64,000 nt of DNA from Malacoraja senta. Taxonomy: Eukaryota. A program made the position numbers and the translations under genes. Positions 48,909-59,896 of the stretch are shown one piece after another; position 1 is the stretch's first letter, and every line of letters starts with the position of its first letter. Below the pieces are notes generated by a model, which worked only from the letters and a program-made list of their open reading frames with translations, had not been told where the DNA came from and ran no database searches. Where the stretch lies: the NCBI GenBank assembly GCA_038087875.1, contig CM075991.1:1798001-1862000 (forward strand), read 5' to 3'.

Positions 48909-49108
48909 NNNNNNNNNNNNNNNNNNNNNNNNNNNNNNNNNNNNNNNNNNNNNNNNNNNNNNNNNNNNNNNNNNNNNNNNNNNNNNNNNNNNNNNNNNNN
49001 NNNNNNNNNNNNNNNNNNNNNNNNNNNNNNNNNNNNNNNNNNNNNNNNNNNNNNNNNNNNNNNNNNNNNNNNNNNNNNNNNNNNNNNNNNNNNNNNNNNN
49101 NNNNNNNN
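48909..49108. other. Assembly gap (200 N) inside an SRCR gene intron
   Basis: Run of N. Confidence 1.
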
Positions 49109-49701
49109 TTGAGTTTTAAAAAACTCGTTAAATAATGGATTTCCCGTTTCCAATTCTACATTGAAAACCCGCGAAACCGTGCCAGTCTCTCCTCTTGGTC
49201 GCCCACTTTAAGGTCATAAAGTGTCTAATCGCGCATCCAAAGTTAAACCTATGACACATTTCTGCTGCAAATGTAGGATCGAACTGCAGGCACTGGTTTA
49301 CACGGGATATAGGCACAGGATGTTGGAGTAACTCAGCGGCACAGGCAGCATCTCTGGAGAGAATGAGTGCCTGTGTATTTCAGTGGCATGTCGATAATTA
49401 GAATCCGATCGCAGAGATCGCCATCGTTCTAGTCCCGATGAAGATCTGTATTGCTAAACTTCAGAATTCTGCACTACACACTCAAGTTCAGTCTATCGAC
49501 AGGTCATAGCACTGAAATGACCCCGCTACCTACCAGTGGGGGAGAGGAGATGAAGGACAACTAACGTTCCTCTGAAAAGAAAACAAAGATGGTTGCCACG
49601 ATATGGCAGATTCGTTCAACTGTTAAGAAAATTCACTCCTGTGAACATCTCTGCGACCGGAGAACCTTTACTTTTCCGTACAAAGGACTTTGGTGACTCA
49701 C

Positions 49702-50016
49702 CTGAGCAGATAAGACCGGCGTCGTTTCTGTGCGAACAGCTAATCTGATCCCAGGCTGAGACTGGACAATCAGCTAATCGGGACTCGTTCCCCAGACAAC
49801 GATAGTTTTCCTTCCACACGGGGCCGGTTCCTTCGCCAAAGTGAGCACCTCTGGGAGTTGCGGCCACTGCCCCGCACTGTAGGTGTTCACAGACCACACC
49901 GGCAGCATCCAAGCTGAAGTATTGATCACAAACTGTCCCCCACTTGTCTCCGTGTACAACTTCCACCCGGCCTGAACATCTGTTCTTCCCACCCTCCAGT
50001 CGTAGTCCATGGTTCC
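49702..50016 (-). CDS. SRCR receptor: most 5' SRCR exon found
   Basis: NHGLRLEGGKNRCSGRVEV..WGTVCDQYF..CSHRNDAGLICS; 315 nt; CAG|gtgagt. Confidence 0.95.
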
Positions 50017-51284
50017 CTGTTTTAGTAAAAAAAAAAAACACGAAGGCAGTTAATTACTCTGAAAAATAAAGGTACACAGTGAAATTGGAAGATTTGTTTA
50101 CTGTTTTCACTTTCTGACATAGCTGCCTTCCAAGTGTGAGTAAGCAGTGATATTTCAACAATATAATATTGAATTGTATAATGCCACAACGTTTTTTTTT
50201 ACATCGGTGTGACGGGATCATCTGTTTACAACAGAAGAGATACAAGTCCCGTGAAATTCTGTTGACTTCCATATTCTCTATGCGTCGGATGGGATTGGAG
50301 ATGCTGGTTTACACCGTTTTGCTCTGGTATTTTATTTAATTCACATGTTTAATCAAGAATGTTTTATTATTAAAGTTTAATGTTTTATGTGTCATTCCTA
50401 GCTGTCACTATATGTCGCTGTCACTTGCGGGCGGGGCACCAAGGCAAATTCCTTGTATGTGAATACTTGGCCCATAAACTTATTCATTCATTCATTCATT
50501 CAAGATAGCCGCAAACAGTTGTAACGCAGCGGCCATGCAGCATCTCTGACGAAAAGGAATAAGTGACGTTTGGGGTGGAGACTCTTCTTCAGACTTCCAC
50601 ACTGTACCGTGCTGGGGCTAGGCGGCAGCTCTCCAACATCTCCTAACACTTACCCTTAACCATGAACTTACAGACGTGCACCAGACCATCATCTCAGACT
50701 GTTTCTGATCTCATCACCTCTGTCGATCTGCCCTCCACAGCCTCCAACCTTATAGTCCCCCAGCCCCGCACCGCCAGCTTCAATCTCCTCCCCCAAATTC
50801 ACAAACAGGAATGTAAAGGCAGCCCCATTGTTTCTACCTGCTCATGCTCCAGGGAATTCATCTGCACGTACAATTCTACCCCCCCCCCCCCCCGCACCAC
50901 CCTCCCTCCCACACACAGCACGGCCGGTTTGGCGCTCACACGTTTAAACAGAGCGCTGTCACTTTAACGGATGGGGGTTTAAACAAAGAGCTCCCGGCTG
51001 CAGCTCTATGGGTTCTAAATATAGCGCTACCGGCTGCAGCGCTATGGGCATTAAACATAGCGCTATGGTCACTGCGCTATGGGTCACAGACTGTTCGGGA
51101 AAATTCTCGTATAACAATGAGTCTTTGGAATTCTCTTTCTCAGTGGAAGCTGCGCCTTTGATTATTTTTCAGGCAGTGGTAGAATTCTGTATAAGCCTAG
51201 TGGTGAAAAGCTACCAGTGGGCCGTGGGATTGCAGTCACAATGGAATTGACCTTGATTTTACAGAACGGAGGGTGGGCTCAATG

Positions 51285-51865
51285 GGCAGAGAGGGAGAGA
51301 GGGAGGGGTGGAGAGAGGGAGAAGAGGGAGAGGGAGAGAAGGGGGAGAGGAGAGAGAGGGGGAGGGGGAGTGGGAGATAGGAAGGGGGAGAGGGAGAAGG
51401 AGGGAGGGAGAGGGGTAGAGGGTGAGCAAGAGAGGAGGCGCGAGAGAGGGAGGGAGAAGAGTAGGAGGGAGGGAATGAGAGAGGGGGAGAAAAAAGGAAA
51501 GGGGGGAGGGAGAGAAAGAGGGGGAGAGTAAGAGGGGGAGAGAGACGGACGGTTAGAGGGAGGGCGAGTGGGAGGGAGGGAGAGAAAGAGGGAGGGGAGG
51601 GAGAGAGAGGGGAGAGAGAGAGGGAGAGGAGAGAGAGATTGAGAGGGAGGGAGCGAGGGAGGGGGGGGGATAAAGAGGGAGGGCGAGAGAGAGGGAGGGA
51701 GAGAGGGGTAGGGAGAGAGAGGGAGGGAAGGAGGGAGAGAGAGAGGGAGGGACAGAGCAAGTGATGGAGGGAGAGGGAGGGAGGGAAAGGGGGAGGGAGG
51801 GAGGGAGAGAGAGAGGGAGGGAGAGTGGTATGGAGAGTGGGGGGAGAGTGGGAGGGAGAGAGAGC
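51285..51865 (+). repeat. Polypurine GA-rich low-complexity tract
   Basis: About 580 nt, almost all G/A. Confidence 0.95.
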
Positions 51866-52522
51866 AGAGACTCAGACACATGAGAGCAGGTTGAAAAAAC
51901 GAAGACAACAAAAGCTGTTGGAGACAACGAAAGCTGCCTTGCAGAACACTGTATGTCAGTAACAGAAGCAGGCAGATACGGTGTAGTTACAAATATCTGT
52001 TTTGCCTTGTTCTTTGTGTTGTTAACGTGTGCCCGCGAAAACCCACCAACAAATCGCACGCAGGAAGCATTTTTGAAAACTTAAGAAAATACCATCAAAT
52101 TCCAGGAAATTTGGGATTCTATTTAAGGAATGATATTTTTGAGGTGTGGAAGCACTGGTTCCTTTACATCTCCATCACCAGGAAGGTCTCTATATTCTCC
52201 GGGTTTTCCTCGATCAGAGACCCAAAGAATTCCCGCCCATTAACCCCCGTCCCCTTCAGATCCCATAATCAGTCTGCAGAAGCGATGCTGCTGATCATAT
52301 AAAACCGGATGTTTTCAGGGTGTTGTTTTCAGAGATTCAACGCAGGGGTAAATTAGTTCACAATCAACTTGAACTGTTCTACATTATGTTTTATCAATTA
52401 GCAGATCTGTCCGGATTTGCTGGCGGATTGCTGTTTCAGCGCATGGAAGACACCTAATGTAGGTGTTCTTAATTTCCCCCTTCCTTACTCCATGTTGAGA
52501 AACTTACCACATCAAAATGGCA

Positions 52523-53430
52523 GGTGGATAAAAATGCTGGAGAAACTCAGCGGGCGAGGCAGCATCTATGGAGCGAAGGAAAGGGTGATGTTTCGGATCG
52601 GGACCTTTCTTCAGACTGATGTGGGGGTGGTGGGGGCCGGAAGGAAAAAGGAAGAGGCGGAGACAGTGGGCTGTGGGAGAGCTGGGAATGGGAGGGGGAA
52701 GAGGGAGGAAGCAAGGACTACCTGAAATTGGAGAAGTCAATGTTCATACCACTGGGGTGCAAACTACGCAAGCAAAATATGAGGTGCTGCTCCTCCAATT
52801 TACGGTGGGACTCACTCTGGCCATGGAGGAGGCCCAGGACAGAAAGGTCGGATTCGGAATCGGAGGGGAAGTTGAAGTGCTGAGCCACTTTATCCTCCGA
52901 CATTCTCGCCACCTCCAACGGGACCCCACCACTGGCCACATCTTCCCATCTCCTCCCCTTTCGGCTTTCCGCAGAGACCACTCCCTCCGTAACTCCCTGG
53001 TCAATTCGTCCCTTCCCACCCAAACCACCCCTTCTCCTGGTACTTACCCTTGCAACCACAGGGAATGCTACACGTGTCGCTTTACCTCCCCCCTTCACTC
53101 CATCCAAAGATCTAAGCAGTCTTTCCAGGTGCGGCAGAGGTTCACCTGCACCTCCTCCAACCTCATCTATTGCATCCGCTGCTCTAGGTGTCAGCTGCTC
53201 TACATCGGTGAGACCAAGCGTAGGCTTGGCGATCGCATTGCCCAACATCTTCGCTCAGTTCGCAATAACCAACCTGATTTCCGCACCACCCCCACATCAG
53301 TCGGAAGAAGGGTCTCGGCCCGAAACGTCACCTTTTCCTTCGCTCCATAGATGCTGCCTCACCCGTTGAGTTTCTCCAGCATTTTTTTCTACCTTCGATT
53401 TTTCCAGCATCTGCAGTTTCTTCTTAAACT
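52523..53430. mobile_element. Penelope-like insertion with inverted termini and 11-bp TSD
   Basis: TSD tcaaaatggca at 52512-52522 and 53431-53441; 52523-52888 minus, 52889-53430 plus; GIY-YIG NLIYCIRCSRCQLLYIGETKRRL..R...H. Confidence 0.9.
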
Positions 53431-53819
53431 TCAAAATGGCATAGCACTGAATTGTGTTGAAGCATTTTTATAAGCCCTTCTTAAAATAAATGTCAACAAC
53501 TGATCTCTGTCTTCCAAGTGCAATTGGATCCCTATATTAGTTCCCTATAACAGTCATTCCCTTGCTCCACTATTTTGTTTTCTCAGATTCACCATTTATC
53601 TGCCTTCATTTCCATGTCCACCCGCTCACATAATGGCACAAAGTCAGTGATTCCATGTGTTTGGCTGCAGAAGTGCAGAACCAATTACCAACCGAAGGAT
53701 TGGTATACTCATTCATATTAATTCATATTAATGGAAAAATCCATCCTGCATAATTTTACAGCGTTGATGTTTTGAATGTCATATTTCCAGCAGCCGGACA
53801 GTTTTACTTCCCTTCTCGA

Positions 53820-56800
53820 GAGCGTTCAGGGAAATGATGCAACAACACCCAGGGAGCTGTAAGATGACGTCCCAACTTCTCTGCTCAATACCATGACTGA
53901 TGAAGGCAAGCCTGCCAAAAGCTTTCTGCACTACCCTGTCCACCCGGGGCCATGAGGCCACCTTCATGGAACTGTGTACCTGCACCCCTTTGTCTCTCTG
54001 TTCGACAACACTGTCCGGGACCTTACCGCTTAGGTCCTGCCCTGCAAAATGCACCATCTCACAATTATCTGAATTAAACTCCATCTGCCGTTCATCAGCC
54101 TATTGACCCAGTTTATAAAATTCCGTTGAAATTCTAGATATCCTTCTTCACTGTACACTATACTACCAGTTTCAGTGTCATCTTCGAGGTTACTGACCAT
54201 GCTATCGGCATTATCACCCTGGTCCCGCGGTAAAGGTTTCCCTTGAATCTTATCTCCAGGTCCCTCGCTTCTGCCCCAGAACATTGAGCTGCATGTCCTG
54301 ACGCCATGATCTACATAATGAGCTATTGTATTCCATTCTCAGGTTTCAACCCAATTCCCGAATTCCTCTGTCAGTCCGGCAATGTATAAATGCAGGTTAA
54401 ACCATCAGACCATTCTCGTTGGAGACCTTCTCTCCAGAGATGCTGCATGTCTTGCTGAGTTACTCCAGCATCTTGTGTTTATGTTCGGTTTAAACCAGCA
54501 TTTGCAGTTCCTTCCCACACAGACCATTCGCGTTCCCTGCCATGTACCTGCAAGAACTGTCTGCCAAACTTGTTCGCTTGAACGTGTACTTGGCTCAACC
54601 TTCTTATCTGCCTCACCACTGATTTAAGTCCCATAGTCGAGACAGACTCATTTGACCCACCTATGTAGTCTCGGCATATCTCTCTGCAAGTCTATTTCTC
54701 CCGCTCTAGCTCAGGTGCAACACACCCCTCCTGTACAGGTCACCCCAGAAGAGATGCCAATGGTCCAAAAACGTGAACACCAGCCCCTCAGTCACATATT
54801 CACCTGCCCTGTGCTTCTCTCCCTCTTCCCACTGGCACTTGACACCTGAATTAATCCAGAGATTACTGCCCGTGAGATCAGTGTGTCCACTGACTCGATA
54901 TCATACAACAAAAGGTAATTTTTACTATATCTACATTTACAATAAACTAAACAAACTAATTTCCTTTATTCACACTGCAGGACCTTGTTCCTTTTCCTAC
55001 CTTTGTCGTTTGAAACAAAATATGTCCAACGACCTCTGGCAGCTCACATTTCCACTTGAGTATTTTCTGCAACCGCTCAGAGACATCCTTGACTGTGACA
55101 CCCCAAAGGCAAAGTAACATCCTGGTATCTCATTTGCTACTGTAGAATCTCCTGCTGTCCCTCTAACTATCGAGGGTCCTAATACGATAGCTCTCTGTCT
55201 CCACCCGCCCCTGATGTGAATTGAAGCCAGCTACCGTGCCACAGACATGGTAGCTGCTGCTCCTCTCTGAACGATTATCCCCCTAACTATACCCAATATG
55301 ATATAAAAAAAAGACACAAAGTGCTGGAGTAACTATGCAGGTCAGGCAGCATCTCTGGAGGACGTGGATAGGTGACGTGTCAGACCAGGACTCTTCTTCA
55401 GACTCAGGTCGCACACTAAAACGTCACCTATCCATGTTCTCCAGAAGTGCTGTATGACCAGCTAAGTTATTCCAACACTTTGTGGCTTTTTTTGTGAACC
55501 ACTAAACTTGTCAATGAGGTGAATCATCACAGAGGAATCCTGATTGCTCTGCTTATCTGCTGTCTTTCCTGGCACCTTGTTTGTGCTCACCTCACCGAAC
55601 CTCCTATCTATGACGCTCTCAGCATTACAGATGCACCGGGATGTGTCCATCCTGGGGTTCAGCCAACATGGTGTGGTCATTCAGGAGCAGTAGTTGGACA
55701 AACTTCCCAAATATAGTCACCAGGGACTAGTTTCCCTATAGTCACTTCCTGCAAGTGAAGGAAAAGGCAAGATAGTAGGGTTGAGAGGGATAGATCAGCC
55801 ACGATTGAATGGCAGAGTAGACTCGATGGGCAGTATCACCTAATTCTGCTCGTGTGACTTGGTTCTGGACATGGGAGATTGTGGCTCACAAATTTGATTC
55901 CGTTTTTTGAGGAAGTGACCAAAAAGGTCAATAAAGGCAGAGCTGTAGGTGTTGTATACATGGCTTCCAGTAAGGCATTCGAGAAGGTTACACATGGTGG
56001 GCTGCTGTGGAAGGTTAGATTCCATGGGACAGCTGAATGGATAGAAAATTGGCTTCATGGAAGGAAGCAGAGGCTGCCAGTATGCACAATATCACATCCT
56101 ACTGACCATTGGAAAACAGGATTAAACAAATACTTGTAAAATTCATTAATGAATTAATACTGGATTTTGTTGATTATTTCCCAATTATCCTCAGTTCTCT
56201 CGCTAGTTTCGAAGACAATTGAAAACATTCTAAATGCTCATTCGAAAGGATTTGAAAATCAAAACAAAACTGCACATCAAGGAAGTATGAAATAAACAGA
56301 AAAGTGCCGGAAACACTCAGAATGTCGGGCACCCTGCCGAGATTCAGCAATAATGTTCACATTTCAGGTTGAATTCGCTTCTTCATGTCTGAGAAGAAGA
56401 GAAAATATATCCATTTTAAATTTCAGGTTGAGGACAGAAGAGGTTTGGCCTGAAATCACCTGTGCATCGCTGCTAGAGTGCATGTGGAATCGTCTGTCAG
56501 AGTGAAGTTTGGGAGCGCGAGCAAACCGTTCCAGGAGATACAAGGAACTGCAGATGATGGTTTGTACAAAAACACACAAGAGTGTTGGAGTAACTCAGCA
56601 GGTCAAGCAGCATCTCTGGAGAACATGGATAGTGACAATTCACGAGTTCATAAGTCACAGGAGCAGGATTAGGCCATTAAGCCCATCGAGTCTATTCCGC
56701 CTACAATCATGACTGGTCTATCTTTCCATCTCAACAGCATTCTCCTGCCTTCGCCCCATAAACATTGATATCCTTACTAATCAAAAATCTATCCATTTCC

Positions 56801-59800
56801 GCTTTAAAGAAACTCAATCACGGCCTCCATAGCCTTCTGTGGCAATGTATTCCACAGGTTCTACACACCGACTGAAGAAATTCCTCTTCATCTCCTTTCT
56901 AAGCAAATGCTCTTGTGAGTAAATTTGTGCCCCATTTTTTGAGGAAGTGCTGGTTCTGGAGAGGGTCCAGAGGTTTACAAGAATGATTCCAGGAATGAGT
57001 GGGTTAGCATATGATCAGCGTTTGACATTACCGGGTTCTACTCGCTGGAGTTTAGTAGGTTAAGGGGGGACCTCATTGAAGCTTACAGAATAATGAAAAG
57101 CATAGATAGAGTGGATGTGGAAAGTATGTTTCCACTGGTGGTAGAGTCTAGGACCAGGGATCATAGCCTCAGAATCAAAGGACGCTCATTTAGCAAGGAG
57201 ATGAGGAGGAACCTTTTTAGTCAGAGGATAGTCAATCTGTGGAATTTATTGCCACAGAGGGCTGTGGAGGCCGTCAGTGGATATTTCTAAGGCATAGATA
57301 TGCAAATTCTTGATTAGAACATGTGTCAAGGGTTATGGGGAGAAAGCAGGAAAATTGGATTAGGAGGCAGAGATCAGCCATGATTGAATGGCAGAGTGGA
57401 CTTGATGGGCCTGATGGCCTAACTCTACTCATATAACTTGTGAACTTGTAAAGGTACATTCTTTTGTTCTGAGGTTGCACCCTCTAGACCTGGACACTCC
57501 CAGAAATGGAAACATGCTCTCCATATCCACTCTATCCAGGTCTTTCAAGTTTCACTGTGGTCCCCCTCGGAGATCACCGGTTTTATCTGAGATCTTTGGT
57601 TTCCGCCCACACTCCAAAGACGTACAGGTATGTAGGTTAATTTGCTTGGTAAATGTAAAAATTGTCCCTAGTGGTTATAGGATAATGTTAATGTGCGGGG
57701 ATCGCTGGTCAGTGCAGACCCAGTGGGCCGAAAAGGCCTGTTTCTGCACTGTATCTCTAAACTAAACTGAACTAATCCCTCCTCAGTCATGGTTCCCAAA
57801 ACTGTGCACCATTTCCAAATACAGTCTGACCAGTGCTTTAAAATGCTAAGCATTATATCCTTGATTTTATATTCGAATCCTCTCAAAATAAACACTAACA
57901 TTCTTTTTACCTTCCTAACTATCGATTCAATTTGCAAATTAACCTTTTGGGAAACTTGCACCAGCACTCACAAGTCCCTCTGCAACTCCGACTTCTGAAC
58001 CCTCTCCCAATTTAGTAAATTGTCTACGGCTTTTTTTTTTACTAACAAAGTGCATGATTGCACATTTTACGACACTGTATTCCATCTGCCACTTCTTTGC
58101 CCACTCTTCCAACTTGTCGAAGTCCTTCTGCAGACCCTCTGCTTCCTCTACACTATCTGTCCCTCCACCAGTCATCTGCAAACCTGGCCACAAAGCCTTT
58201 AGTTCCCTCATACAAATCATTGATATACAACGTGAAGAGCAATGGCCCGAACACCGGCCCATGCGGAACATCACTGGTTACCAACTGCCAACCAGAAAAG
58301 CCCACTTTATTCACACTCTTTGCCTTCTGTCATTCAGCCAACCTTCTATCCATGCTAGTATCTTCCCTCTAATACCATGGGCTCTCACCATCTCATTCTC
58401 ACCAAAGGTCCTCTGAAAACCCAGGTAAACAACATCCACTATCCTCCTTTGTCTATCCTGTTATTTAATTCCTCAAAGAATTCCAACAGATTCAGCAGGC
58501 AAGTCCTCCCTTTGACAAACCCATGCTGAACTCTGCCAATTTCATCATATGCCTCTAAGTACTCAGAAATTTCATTCTAACTAGTGGACTCTAAAATCTT
58601 ACTAAACACTGAGTGTTTAGGCTAACCAGCCTATAGTTTAGGCTAACGAGCCTGTAGTTTCCTCTCTTTCACTTTGCTTCCTTCGTGAACAGTGAGAAAC
58701 ATTTGCAATTTCCCAGTCCTCTGGGATGACTCCTGTCTCCATTGATTCTAAACATTACCACTAATGCCTCCACAATCCCTGAAACGACCTCATTCAGAAC
58801 CCAGGGGCGTCGTCCACCTGGTACAGGTGACTTACCTACGTCAGACCTTTCAGCTTCCCAAGCATATTCTCTTTAGTAATAGCAACTCCACTAACTTCTG
58901 TCCACTAACTCTCTTGAATTTTCGGCACATTGCTGGTGTCTTTGGCTGTGAAGACTGATGCAAAATACTTATTCAGTTCGTCTGCCATTTCTTCATTCCC
59001 CATTACTACTTCTTCAGCATCATTTTCAACTGTCCAATATCCATCCTTGCATCCCTTTTATTCTTCACGTATCTTAAGAGATCTTTGCTATCCTCTGTTA
59101 TATTATTGGCTACCATACTTTCATATTTCATCTTTTCCCCCTGCATTGCCTTTTTAGTTACCTTCTGTTGGTTTTTAAAAGCTACCCATTCCTCTGCCTT
59201 CCATGTAATTTTGGAAATATTATGTGCCTTCGCTTTTAGATTTCTGCTGCTATTGACTTCCGTTGTCGCCTCATTCTCCCAATCTTTATTTTTCTTAGGG
59301 ATGAAAAGATCCTGCGTCTTCCAAGTTACTGCCAGAAACTCCCGCCATTGTTGCTCCACCGTCTTTCCTGTTTGGGTCCCTTTCAACTTTAGCCAGCTCC
59401 TCCCCCATGCCTCTAAAGTTGCTTTTACTCAACAGTAATTTGGTTTCATTTAGAGATACAGCACAGAAACAGGCCCTTACGCCTGCCGAATCTTCGCCAA
59501 CCAACGATCACCGCATCATAACACTATCCTACATACAATAGGGACAAATTACAGTTATACCAAGCCAATTAACCTACAAACCTGTACATCTTTGGAGTGT
59601 GGGAGGAAACCGATGATCTCAGAGGAAACCTACGGTCACGGGGAGAACGTCGTAAATCCACACAGACAGCACCCATACTCGGGATCGAACCTGGGTCTCT
59701 AGCGTTGAAAGCGCTGTGAGGCAGCACCTCTACCGCTGCGCCACTATGCAACGCAGCCGCCCACATGATTATGCTACCGACATATACCGGTAATACCGAC

Positions 59801-59890
59801 ACATCGGATTCCATCCTCCCCTTCTCAAACTGCAGGCTGAATTTTATCATATTATGCTCATTACCTTCCGAGGATACCTCTACTTTAAAC
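53820..59890. mobile_element. Mosaic of old CR1 fragments on both strands, SINEs and pLTR pieces
   Basis: e.g. WAKKWQMEYSVVKC (57939-58274), RNLFSQRIVNLWNLLP (57093-57290), FDKV-like AFEKVTHGGLL (55879-56139). Confidence 0.75.
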
Positions 59891-59896
59891 TCCCTG

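Noticed and set aside
48660..49153. ORFs with poly-X
   Set aside because: Run through the N gap.
51870..51950. Signal-peptide exon candidate (CSARQLSLSPTAFVVFVFSTC)
   Set aside because: No convincing donor in the needed phase.
51217..52059. Long Pro/Ser/Leu- or Arg/Glu/Gly-rich ORFs
   Set aside because: Artefacts of the GA polypurine tract.
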